A DNA stretch of 47,178 nt from Trichomonas gallinae (lineage: Eukaryota), in the NCBI GenBank assembly GCA_008369845.1, contig MRSU01007088.1, positions 1 through 47,178 of the forward strand. Reading direction: 5' to 3'. Positions 10,629 to 20,536 of this stretch are shown one piece after another. The notes under the pieces are model-generated. The model made no database searches. It had not been told where the DNA came from and was given only the letters and a program-made list of their open reading frames with translations. Position 1 is the first letter of the stretch; each line of letters starts with the position of its first letter. The translations under genes and the position numbers were made by a program.

Positions 10629-10654
10629 CACCGGGGAAGAATATATAAAAAACT

Positions 10655-11542
10655 ATGTATCCTAACCAATATAATCCACAAGGCGGATATCCTCCACAAC
10701 AAGGCTATCCTCCTCAATATCAGCAAAGGCCGCCATACGGTCAATATCCGCCACAGCAAAATGCAGGATATCCACCGCAACAAAATCCAATGCAGTATCA
10801 GCAATATCCTTATGGCCAAGGTCAATATAATTATCAACAAAACCCACAACAAGCCGCAAAACCTCAAAATAACGCACAACAACAAACATTACCTCCGCAA
10901 GCAGCAAATTACTCTGGATCATTTATTCCACCAGCGACAAGACCAACACGTGCGTATATACCACCACCAAAACAGCCTTTATCCTTCAAATTCTCAGCTT
11001 CAAATGCCAGTGGATGCGAATTCCTCTACGGCGTTATGATGGCTTTCCAAGTATTGCTCGATGAATATTCCAACGGAAACGTTGATACATCAGCTTATGA
11101 AGCGAAATTAGAATCTTTGAAGAGAGCTCTCGGAAATGCTCTTGCTGCCTCTAAACTTGGCATAAACGAGCTTAGAGATTTTGTTGATGCCTGTGAAATG
11201 GATGCTGATGCTGCCCTTGAATATGTTCTTAATCTTCCTGAATTCAAGCCAAAGAAGAAAGCAAAAGACTCAGATCTTTTGGATCTTGGTACGTACAGAA
11301 TCCAACTTTTGGACTCTGCTTCTTCTCCAATTTCTCAGCTTAGAAATATTTTCTTGGCATATCACATTACCATCAATCGTACATGCCCAGATAATACAAT
11401 GCAACAAGCTAAGGCTAAAATAGAAAACTGGAATAGGATCTTCGAATCGAAGCAAGGAACTGATACATTATCACCTGATGAACAGTCGCGATTTTGCGAT
11501 GATGTTGAAAATCTTTTCAGCTTGGTTACGAGCGGAAACTAA
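10655..11542 (+). CDS. Divergent ESCRT-I subunit Vps28-like protein with an N-terminal Pro/Gln/Tyr-rich (XYPPX) extension
   Basis: LYGVMMAFQVLLDEYSNGNVDTSAYEAKLESL..DFVDACEMDADAALEYV and KAKIENWNRIFESKQGTDTLSPDEQSRFCDDVE match the Vps28 N- and C-terminal domain patterns; GYPPQ repeats in about the first 105 aa. Confidence 0.7.
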   Translation: MYPNQYNPQGGYPPQQGYPPQYQQRPPYGQYPPQQNAGYPPQQNPMQYQQYPYGQGQYNYQQNPQQAAKPQNNAQQQTLPPQAANYSGSFIPPATRPTRAYIPPPKQPLSFKFSASNASGCEFLYGVMMAFQVLLDEYSNGNVDTSAYEAKLESLKRALGNALAASKLGINELRDFVDACEMDADAALEYVLNLPEFKPKKKAKDSDLLDLGTYRIQLLDSASSPISQLRNIFLAYHITINRTCPDNTMQQAKAKIENWNRIFESKQGTDTLSPDEQSRFCDDVENLFSLVTSGN

Positions 11543-11654
11543 ACCGTGTTGATTTAAAAAATTCGATAAATTATTTTTCATCCAAAATGATATCATTATA
11601 TATGAAGTTTTATGATTATGAAAATAATGATTATCAAATTATAATAATTTATCT

Positions 11655-13208
11655 TTATTGTGCCTTATATTTGGCAATTCCAACATTCTTTATCTTCAAA
11701 ATTAAGTCCTTAGCATCTTCTTTCTTCACCCATCTAAGCATATTCTTCGTGGGGCAGCAGATCATGGCTGCGACAGCTAAAGCACGCTCTGGGTCGCCAT
11801 CTGCCATGTAATAATCGATAAGCTGATTTGTAACTAACAAAATAATTGATCTGGCAACATCATCGTCAATCTCACATTTGTTCATCCAGCCGCCTCTGAA
11901 CAATAAAACATTAGAAAGAGTCTCTGCACTTGTCTTCATCTCAGCGATAACCAAAGCATTCCATGAATCTCTTTCAACTTGATTCTTAAGAAGGTTTCCG
12001 CGGGCAATCAACAGCTTTGAGCAGCCTTGGTACTGTTTATTTAGAGCCAGTTGGCCGAGAAGCTTGCGGACTTTCTTTTCAGCCACATCTTCAATATGCG
12101 CGAGCTCAAGCCAGCCAAGAGCGTCGATCTTTCTGTCAATGAGCTCTTCTTCTGTGATTTCTGAGTCGAAGTCGTCTACTTTGGTAAGGATAATGCGATC
12201 AATGGCAACATCAACGATTTGGCTGGTTGGTAAGTTGAAATAATCTGTAATTTGAACAGCTTTTGGCTGAGGATAAGGGAGACCTATGAGGATTTCCGAT
12301 ACTAATGTAATTGCTGATTCTGTGTCTGTTAATGAGCAATAGAAAAACGCCATACCGAGAACAAAATTTTCGATTAAAGGTTGAATGTATTCCTTAATGA
12401 GATTTACTGGGCATTTCTGGAAAACTGATATCGCATGAACTTTAAATGATAGAGAAAGAAGCTGCTCATTCTCAATAGATTTAACTCCATAATAGTAAAA
12501 TAGTAAAACAAGTTTTTCAATAGAGTTTGTTGGTTTTGGTAAGTTTGAAATTGTCTCATGTAAATCATATGGAATCTGAGACTCAGCATCGCAGAGCATA
12601 CAGAATAATTTTGCCCAAACTTGGTCGTAAAACGTTTTTCCGCACTCGCTACATATTTTATAGTCACCGGAAAGTAATCCAAGGATGGTAATGTCTTCCT
12701 TAGTTGCATGTTTAGATTTTGAATAATTTCTTGCAGCGTATCTCCATGTTTTGTATTCTCTTTGTGATAAACCACCAGCATATACTGCGATTTTCCAATC
12801 ATTTATCTTGTTTTTAGCTATTGTTTCTAAAAATTTTTCGAATTGTCCTGATCTTAAATAGTAATATGGGAGCTGTGATGGTTCAGTTGGTTCAGGAGTC
12901 TTTCTATACTCCTTTTCTAGCCACTGAATGAATAAAACAGATCGAATTAATTCGGGATCCGTTTTTGTGATTTTAATATATCTGTCTTTGATCTGTGGAT
13001 TTTTATCTGATAAGTCAGCAAGCAATGACCATAATAAACTTTCATCAATTTCTTTCGGATTTTCTGTTTTTGTTAAATTTGCGTATTCATTACAAAGATC
13101 GGCTGCGCTTTTGCTAGACCTTTCAACAAGAGGCTTCATAAGCTTTCTAATTATTCCTATTTCTGTCTCTTGTGGTGCCTCCGTCGATGGATTTGCACTT
13201 GAAGACAT
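11655..13208 (-). CDS. NUP107: Nucleoporin Nup107/Nup84-like
   Basis: ESLLWSLL, FIQWLE, YLRSGQFE..WKIAVYAGG, WRYAA..ILGLLSGD..TFYDQVWA, RKIDALGWL and NVLLFRGGWM follow the Nup107 motif order. First ATG at 13208. Confidence 0.75.
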   Translation of the reverse strand: MSSSANPSTEAPQETEIGIIRKLMKPLVERSSKSAADLCNEYANLTKTENPKEIDESLLWSLLADLSDKNPQIKDRYIKITKTDPELIRSVLFIQWLEKEYRKTPEPTEPSQLPYYYLRSGQFEKFLETIAKNKINDWKIAVYAGGLSQREYKTWRYAARNYSKSKHATKEDITILGLLSGDYKICSECGKTFYDQVWAKLFCMLCDAESQIPYDLHETISNLPKPTNSIEKLVLLFYYYGVKSIENEQLLSLSFKVHAISVFQKCPVNLIKEYIQPLIENFVLGMAFFYCSLTDTESAITLVSEILIGLPYPQPKAVQITDYFNLPTSQIVDVAIDRIILTKVDDFDSEITEEELIDRKIDALGWLELAHIEDVAEKKVRKLLGQLALNKQYQGCSKLLIARGNLLKNQVERDSWNALVIAEMKTSAETLSNVLLFRGGWMNKCEIDDDVARSIILLVTNQLIDYYMADGDPERALAVAAMICCPTKNMLRWVKKEDAKDLILKIKNVGIAKYKAQ

Positions 13209-13227
13209 AATTCTGAGATTTTGGCCC

Positions 13228-13325
13228 TTTGACACGTAAATTCAGATTTTTGACAAATCGGCAAAATAATTTTGACATGTAAATTCAAAATTTTGACGAA
13301 TTGTCATGTGATTTTGACATGTAAA
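13228..13325 (-). promoter_or_regulatory. Cluster of TTTACATGTCAAAA elements upstream of NUP107
   Basis: Exact copies at 13270-13283 and 13312-13325, variant at 13228-13240; the function is inferred. Confidence 0.5.
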
Positions 13326-13763
13326 TACGTTTACATTATGAATAGATTATTAGCAAGTTTTCTGAATATATCATTGGAATAAAACAATCAAGGTACTCGT
13401 TAGAATGTCAATACAAAAGTAGACATTGAAAAATTGGCAAATGTGCAAAGGATGTAAAACGTTTTGCATAATGATATATAATGAAAAAGTTAATTTGATT
13501 AGATAATTTTTGGCTTTGTATTGATGCGAGTTGGAGTTTGATATAAAAGTCTGTGCATTGAATAGAGATATAGTTTATAATGATCACTTCAAATGGAAAA
13601 AAATACTTCATAACATAAAAAATATATGAATAAAGCTATGATTTCGTAAGGCAATAACGTGTACAAAGAGCAGCTCCTTTAACTGCATTATTCTGTAGAT
13701 GCCGATTTCGTATAAAAAATTATAATTGGATCCGATGTCAATTTTTTCCAAAAAAATTGCTAA

Positions 13764-16700
13764 ATGAGTTCACGTTCTGTTTTTTCGATTAAGATTGATT
13801 CTTTGTCAGATCCTGTTGCCAACCTTTGCCAGAGTATCATAAATGCTTGCAAAGATACGAAAGATATCTCCGTGCAACAGCAAATTTCGATCTTCAAAAC
13901 TATTCAAGTAAAAGACGAAAGTTTAGTAAGGACACTTACATCTTGTGCAAAAATTGGAAGCCAAACACCACTTGAAAGCTTAAGAACTCTTTCGCATGTT
14001 GTTCCAATTATTAATATGACACAAACAGAACCACCAGAGCATCACTCGGAGCATAAAATGATATATATAGATCGTTTACCAGCACAAAATTGGTCAAGAG
14101 TAGATTTTAAGTTAATTATTTATTTTGTATCAGATTTAATTACAGCATACTTCGTTGAAAAGCTTGCAGAGAATATGGTAAATACAGGAAAAGCCGAAAT
14201 CATCAAATTCGTTGAAGCAATTCTCAAAGATTTATTCGCAACTCCGCAAGAAACATATTTAACGACAATAAAAGAAATGAATTCGAAATACTACAGACGA
14301 GCTATTGGATTAATGTCAAAATTTATCTCATCTGACATTTTCCAATTTATCGTTTCGACATTTACAAATGTCAATACATTAGGTTCATATTATCAAGTCG
14401 TTATCAACTATTTCGCTGATGCTTTAATAACTCCAGATTCTTACGACAGTGCAAAATCGATTTTTGATAGAATTTTGCAAGTTTATAAAGGAAAGACAAT
14501 TCAAAACCAAAAATCATCTATATCAAACACAGGCTTATTCTTATACAACTATTTAGGAAATATTTTCACACAATTCCCTCAATCATTATCTGATGCTTCT
14601 ATTTTCTCAATAGTTCAAGACTGCAAGACGTGGGTTGGCTCAAAGCAACTTAGTGTGCATTGTTTTGAGATAATGGCACTCGTTAATGCTTTCATGACTG
14701 TTCCAAATAATCAGCCGCCTTTAGAATTCGGCTCACACCACATTTTCTCGCATTTATCCGACGGCAAACAAACAGATGGACAGATTCTTCAGGCTTTAAC
14801 TACAATGCTGCGTGGAAATCATTATTCTCCGAGAACGATTTTAGAGCAAACGAAGCAAAACTTCGGCTGGCGTCTTGAGGACCCTAAAATTGTTGAAGAT
14901 GTGTTCGAGTACTTGAACAGCCACATAGACATATACGTCAACTATCAAAACTCTTTAGCAGAATTTTTGCTGCAAGTCGCATCTAGTGATTTCGATACTT
15001 TTGTCAATAAATTCTTAGATCGTTTCTCCGACTCGCAGTTTTCCAAGAACGCTACTAGCGCGATTTGCAAGGCCTACTTCGTGATGCTCGATCCAACAAG
15101 CGGATTCCAAGATAAAGCGTACAGAGTCAGCAAAGAACTTATTTCAAATGTATCATTCAAAGTTGCATTGCTTCTCGACGAAAAAGTTGCTGGCGTCGCC
15201 AAAACAAACATGAACATCAGCGCATACGAGCCAATCTCCTTCACCGCTGAATTGCGCAACAGATACACGATAGAAAGCAGAAATGACATGTTCGTATATA
15301 GAACGCTCGGAGTTTTCAATGCAAACACAAAACCAAAACAAATCTTCCCCAAGCACAGGAAAGAAATACAGAAGTGGAAGGATGAATTAGTGGCAGGAGA
15401 CCAGATCATTCCTAAAGTGTGGCCAGTTTACGACAAAACAACAATAAGGATCGAAATCAATCCAATTGTCACTGAAGATACAACAATAATCGATTTGCTG
15501 AGACTCGCGCCAACAATTTCAGATAATTTTCACATAGCGTCGAGCATTTGCAAGTATTTGTGCAACGAAGATGCCAGCATCGGTGCAATGGCAACAGCTG
15601 TTTTGCAGGCTGCAATTCATTTCAATCCGACATCCGCTCCACAAGTCTTCGCGCAGATTGAGTCAATATACGCTGTCCCACAAATCACATCATCAGCACT
15701 TTTCATTATTTTGAAAGTTTTGACATGCTTGCTGGATACTTTAGTTCTTGAAGATTTCAAAGTCACAAAGGAAATGACAATAACATTAATGAAATTCGTT
15801 TTACTTGGCCTGTGTGCTGACGCTCTTGAAATAAGACATGCTGCATTAACTTGCGCACAAAATGTTGCATCAGCCGATTTCAATTTATACGATTTGATTA
15901 CTAAGAAAGACTCAATGATCGGCCAAGAAGGATGCGCAAACGCATTGCTTTCATTGTGCCCAGATAAGCGCTCGCAGATTAGAATGCTGGATTCTATTCC
16001 TTTCACAACAATGTATGCTGCATTCGATATGACATTTTATCCATTTTGGCTTGCTTGTCTCGGACAAATCATTGCTCAAACTAAGCAGGGATTCATTGCT
16101 CCTGTTCAAGCATTCCTCGATGATGTAATCAATGGCCAATCAGGCGTTGTTGGAATTCAGCAGTTTGCTATTAACATTGTTGCGCTTTATTACGCGATTT
16201 CTATTGGAGGAACGAGAGTTGAAAACATCGCAAAAGCTGTTCAATACGTTTTCACGACATTCTCCAATGGACTCAAGAACAAAGACACCAATTTATGCGC
16301 TGTATTTTCATGTGTTGACATTTCAATTGCTGACACTATTTTGATGGCGTTGAATACTATGCTCAACACTGTTGATAATTCTCAAAAGCTGACAACTTTG
16401 CATGTCACGTCATATTTCTTGAGAATGATATCAGCGAAACAAGATTTCGTCACTAAGCAATCATCAGAGAAACTCTCTCAGCCCGTTAGTGAAGCTGTTT
16501 ACTTTGTCATTAACTATATATTCCAGCAGAGAATTTTGAGCAGAGATGAAGTCAAATTTGAGATCAATGGATTAGATCCATCACCAGCCAATTACATCTT
16601 GCAGTGTATAATAACTGATGTTTGCATTTGTCTTAAGAGAATTTTCGATGAAATCGCTCAGACAAATACTGTTGAATCTCATGGTCCATTCCCATTAATA

Positions 16701-19700
16701 TCTGGAGTCCCGGCAACATTTTCGCACAGCGCTGGCTCGCAGCAGACTTTCATCTTCTTTATTGGGTTATCAAGTGCAAGCAGTAAATTCATATTCCAGA
16801 CTGCTGCTCAAGAAGCTTTCGCATCATTAGTCGCAATTGCTCCAATCCCTGATGCTATGTTCACTGTTGTTGCCGAAAACTTGACATTCATCGACAACGA
16901 AAAACTCAAACAAAACATTCTCCGCCGCTACTTCATCGATTTAATTGCACGCTTCATCGATGAGGCAGCTGTCAACTACACATACTTCCATGCAATAGCA
17001 TCTCTGTTCCTTGGTGACGAGAAATTCATGAGAAAGTGGAGACAAAGTGTTTCCGCCGAATTCACACAACAAGAACAAGATATTGCCAGCCAAATATATC
17101 TCCACAGCGGTTCTCTCCTTGCTCTTGGCTTTTTATATCTGTCAGCAGAATTACCACTACAAAGAGAACTTGCATTCAAGTTCATTGTTTCGCTCAGTAC
17201 TTCACTTTTCTTGCACGAAAACAATCCGAAACATGCAGTTGAATTTTTGTCGAAGCTCAAAGAATTCAGGGGCCGCTTCAAGACTGATATGTCGCACTAC
17301 ATTTTCACAGATGCTATCAAGCTGTGCAGATTAATCGCCAAAAACCTTCCATTGATTGGCGAACAGTTCATCGCAGAAATGGTAACAATTGATAACTACA
17401 TCACAAACCCCCCGAAGCCAAAAGTTCAAAAGAAAACAAAATCGCGCGGAATGTCTGTCCGCAACAAAGATGCGATCGCTCCCCAAGTTTTAGTGCACAC
17501 AGATGTTGTCACACATGTTTCAACATTCACATTGAACTCGATGGAATCAAGAAGAAGTTTGGCAGCTGATTTCATTTATCCTTGGATGACATATTTCAAG
17601 GTTGAGCCAGACGCTTCGTCAATATTTAGTGGAACTGAGCAGTTGATGAACTGCTACACATTCTCCATCTTTATCGAAGACATTTTGAACATGAAGTGCT
17701 GCATGCCGATGTCGACATCAGTTCAGAAGATTATCAGGGCTGTTGTCGACAGCGACCACGGCGAGAGATCAGTTGACTTACTGATGTGCATCGCTTTAAG
17801 GCATATTTTCAGTGAAGACAACAAACAACAGTCAGCAAACGAATTAGTCCGCTTCCTGTTCGCAGCTTTACCTGATACAGTTTTCAAGCACATTATGTCT
17901 TACATTTCATTTGATTCCTGGCACTTCTATCGCATTCAGCTTAACAAACTCGACCTTCTTTTCGACTTCGACCAAGTCCTCGCTGGTATTTCGAGCAAGA
18001 ATGACGACGCAGTCAAGTCAACTGGCTCACTCACTACTGAAGATGACTCGGCACAGGATTATTCATTCATCATGCCGATTCTTTTAGAAATGATTTATGG
18101 GTTCATCCTCGAAGACATGACATTGATAAGAATGTACGGAAAGCAGATTGCAGCGTTCGCTTTTATCCAATTCCCATCATTCCCTGAAGCATGCTCGAAG
18201 CTAATTGGCCTTCTGACGCCACTTGAAGTCCCAGAATTGTCCAACCAAAGCTACTATTCGGATTCAGGAAAATCTATCATCACTAAAGTCGGTCCATGGT
18301 CTCTTGATCTCATAGGATCATTCTTCTCCAATCTCGGACAGGCAGAAGCTCAGAGAATGTACAACTACATTCTCCCGTGGGCTGTTTCATACGGCAGAAC
18401 ATCTAAGACGCCAACAGCGTTGAAGATTCTTGATTCGATTGGCCTTGAGCTCCTTGATGAAGACGTTGAAGGTCTTTGCCGCTCCATCATGGTCATTGCT
18501 AAGGCATTATATGAAAGAACAACGCCGGCCATTCATGCAGAGAACATGAAGAAGATAACTTTCTTCCTTCAGTTATTGGATAATTATGGAAAGCCACCTT
18601 ATGCCGAGCTTTACAGCTTCTTGGCATATGCTATCACTGTTTTGAAGCGCGCACATAATATTACTCCAAAACTGTTCTTCTTTGTGTGCGAATTCCTCAA
18701 ATGCTCTAGCTCTGAATACATGTCTATATTCAACGCTGCTCAAGATTTCATCCTTCACGCTTTGAATAACAAACAATTCGTCGAACAGATATCGAATGTA
18801 GTAAGCAACTTCCCAGGCATTGCAAACTCTGTATTTGCGGCTTCTCTCGATGCAACAGGAATCCACAAGGCATTTGACATTTTGCGCTGCTGCATTGAGA
18901 AAGGCCTGATGAAGTTATTGCTCGGTGACGTCAACAAAGCTAAAGTTTTAGTCCCAGCTTTGCTTCCTTATGCATCGCAGCTCTCCAACGTCGTTTCCAT
19001 GAAGATCGCATCATTCACTTGTGACTCTGTCTTAGAGAAGTGCTTCTTAAGACTTGCAAGAAGTGAAGGAGACTTGGCCGAAGGTATCAATTCGATCATT
19101 GCTGGTGTTATTGGTGAAAATGAAGAAATTGCTTCTCAAGTTTTGTCTTTCTATGGCAATGTTGAAAGCTGTGGTTCTAATGAGCAGCGTGAAATCATCT
19201 TCTACGCAGCGGCATCAATACTCAAACATGTTGCAGGAATTGATCAGAAGAATCAGTCCATTGGCGCAATCGCAAGAAGCGCAGTCAAAACAACTTCACC
19301 AACATTGCTTCGCGCTTCATCAGCATTGTTGCAAGCAATCATGGAGAGATGCGGTGGAGAATTCGCTTACCCGAGTGGCCATGGATTCGGGAACACGCAG
19401 TTCCCATTGATTGACGATATTCTCAATCTCAGACCTAACGACTGGCGTCAGTCAACATCCAAGCTTGCTCCAATATATGTCACTCATGAAGGTTTCATTG
19501 CATGCAGCATTTTCGGCGACATCAGAGCTGCACTAGAGCAGGTTATGGCTCAGCCATTCTCCATGTGGGGAGAGCTTGAATACAAGGCACAAGCAGCGAC
19601 GCCTCAAGGCAAGAATGAAGAAAAGCATGTTAAAGGACAGAATGATCTGAATGAAATTATGCAAAAGATTTCCAAGCCATCGAAGAAATCCACAGGAAAT

Positions 19701-19832
19701 ATTAAGTCTAAGGAAGTCCGCCAAATCGAAGAGCCGAATTTGATCAATGCAACTGATTTCGCACCAACATCTAATGATTTCATCAATTTGCTCGCTGATC
19801 TTGATCTTGGTGATGCACCTGCGATATTTTAA
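13764..19832 (+). CDS. Furry/Tao3/Mor2-like large HEAT scaffold (cell morphogenesis protein)
   Basis: 2022-aa ORF. LGLCADALEIRHAAL, LCRLIAKNLPLIGEQFIAEM, FIYPWMTYF and NFPGIANSVF..AFDIL occur in the order of Furry/Mor2 conserved blocks. Confidence 0.7.
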   Translation: MSSRSVFSIKIDSLSDPVANLCQSIINACKDTKDISVQQQISIFKTIQVKDESLVRTLTSCAKIGSQTPLESLRTLSHVVPIINMTQTEPPEHHSEHKMIYIDRLPAQNWSRVDFKLIIYFVSDLITAYFVEKLAENMVNTGKAEIIKFVEAILKDLFATPQETYLTTIKEMNSKYYRRAIGLMSKFISSDIFQFIVSTFTNVNTLGSYYQVVINYFADALITPDSYDSAKSIFDRILQVYKGKTIQNQKSSISNTGLFLYNYLGNIFTQFPQSLSDASIFSIVQDCKTWVGSKQLSVHCFEIMALVNAFMTVPNNQPPLEFGSHHIFSHLSDGKQTDGQILQALTTMLRGNHYSPRTILEQTKQNFGWRLEDPKIVEDVFEYLNSHIDIYVNYQNSLAEFLLQVASSDFDTFVNKFLDRFSDSQFSKNATSAICKAYFVMLDPTSGFQDKAYRVSKELISNVSFKVALLLDEKVAGVAKTNMNISAYEPISFTAELRNRYTIESRNDMFVYRTLGVFNANTKPKQIFPKHRKEIQKWKDELVAGDQIIPKVWPVYDKTTIRIEINPIVTEDTTIIDLLRLAPTISDNFHIASSICKYLCNEDASIGAMATAVLQAAIHFNPTSAPQVFAQIESIYAVPQITSSALFIILKVLTCLLDTLVLEDFKVTKEMTITLMKFVLLGLCADALEIRHAALTCAQNVASADFNLYDLITKKDSMIGQEGCANALLSLCPDKRSQIRMLDSIPFTTMYAAFDMTFYPFWLACLGQIIAQTKQGFIAPVQAFLDDVINGQSGVVGIQQFAINIVALYYAISIGGTRVENIAKAVQYVFTTFSNGLKNKDTNLCAVFSCVDISIADTILMALNTMLNTVDNSQKLTTLHVTSYFLRMISAKQDFVTKQSSEKLSQPVSEAVYFVINYIFQQRILSRDEVKFEINGLDPSPANYILQCIITDVCICLKRIFDEIAQTNTVESHGPFPLISGVPATFSHSAGSQQTFIFFIGLSSASSKFIFQTAAQEAFASLVAIAPIPDAMFTVVAENLTFIDNEKLKQNILRRYFIDLIARFIDEAAVNYTYFHAIASLFLGDEKFMRKWRQSVSAEFTQQEQDIASQIYLHSGSLLALGFLYLSAELPLQRELAFKFIVSLSTSLFLHENNPKHAVEFLSKLKEFRGRFKTDMSHYIFTDAIKLCRLIAKNLPLIGEQFIAEMVTIDNYITNPPKPKVQKKTKSRGMSVRNKDAIAPQVLVHTDVVTHVSTFTLNSMESRRSLAADFIYPWMTYFKVEPDASSIFSGTEQLMNCYTFSIFIEDILNMKCCMPMSTSVQKIIRAVVDSDHGERSVDLLMCIALRHIFSEDNKQQSANELVRFLFAALPDTVFKHIMSYISFDSWHFYRIQLNKLDLLFDFDQVLAGISSKNDDAVKSTGSLTTEDDSAQDYSFIMPILLEMIYGFILEDMTLIRMYGKQIAAFAFIQFPSFPEACSKLIGLLTPLEVPELSNQSYYSDSGKSIITKVGPWSLDLIGSFFSNLGQAEAQRMYNYILPWAVSYGRTSKTPTALKILDSIGLELLDEDVEGLCRSIMVIAKALYERTTPAIHAENMKKITFFLQLLDNYGKPPYAELYSFLAYAITVLKRAHNITPKLFFFVCEFLKCSSSEYMSIFNAAQDFILHALNNKQFVEQISNVVSNFPGIANSVFAASLDATGIHKAFDILRCCIEKGLMKLLLGDVNKAKVLVPALLPYASQLSNVVSMKIASFTCDSVLEKCFLRLARSEGDLAEGINSIIAGVIGENEEIASQVLSFYGNVESCGSNEQREIIFYAAASILKHVAGIDQKNQSIGAIARSAVKTTSPTLLRASSALLQAIMERCGGEFAYPSGHGFGNTQFPLIDDILNLRPNDWRQSTSKLAPIYVTHEGFIACSIFGDIRAALEQVMAQPFSMWGELEYKAQAATPQGKNEEKHVKGQNDLNEIMQKISKPSKKSTGNIKSKEVRQIEEPNLINATDFAPTSNDFINLLADLDLGDAPAIF

Positions 19833-20510
19833 TTATTCACAATGTTTAATTTATTATTTTAAATCGTTATAATTCTATTTATATTTTTAAGACAATTCTA
19901 TTATACTGATTGCAGAACTCTTCTAATACTTTTGTCTGTATTGGACCGTTTTCAGCAAATGCAATTATATAATCAGTCATTGATTCAATGGATGTTAATT
20001 AATTCGAGGATTTTAGTTTTCAAAAATGATTCAAAATATAGTATCATCGTCAATTCTCAAACTCAAAATTTTTACAATATAAATGTTGACAATCAGGCAA
20101 ATGTCAAAGTTGGAATTGTTTAGTTTTTCACCCTTTTCTCTATTTTTGACAAAATTGAGCTGACAGATTTATAAGGTTCAAAAAATGAGATCACTAATGG
20201 TCGTGCTAGAACCTCAATCATATGAATACTTAAGCAATACATTCTTGTTGAGGAATGGCATCAACAAGAATCCAATCGAAGGCGTGCTATTCCGAAGTTT
20301 ACAAATTCCTCTTTTAGCCTGTGCTACATCCTATGTTATGCCAAAAGTGAAAAAAAAAATAAAATGTTGCAGCCATGCTAATGATGTTATTTATTAAAAG
20401 ATTCTATGCATATACTGAGATATAAAAAACAAATACATGCCTTCTTATGTTCAAATAATAATTAATTTTATAATATTGACCCCTGTTTTATATTTTCTTC
20501 CCCTGTTATA

Positions 20511-20518
20511 AAAGTGAC
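20511..20518 (+). promoter_or_regulatory. AAAGTGAC motif upstream of the PIAS-like gene
   Basis: Exact motif ending 18 nt before ATG 20537. Confidence 0.6.
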
Positions 20519-20536
20519 AAAATTACCGCCAAAAAT

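Noticed and set aside
19932..20397. Two short + strand ORFs (63 and 70 aa)
   Set aside because: No recognisable motif or clear Inr; could be relics but are unsupported.
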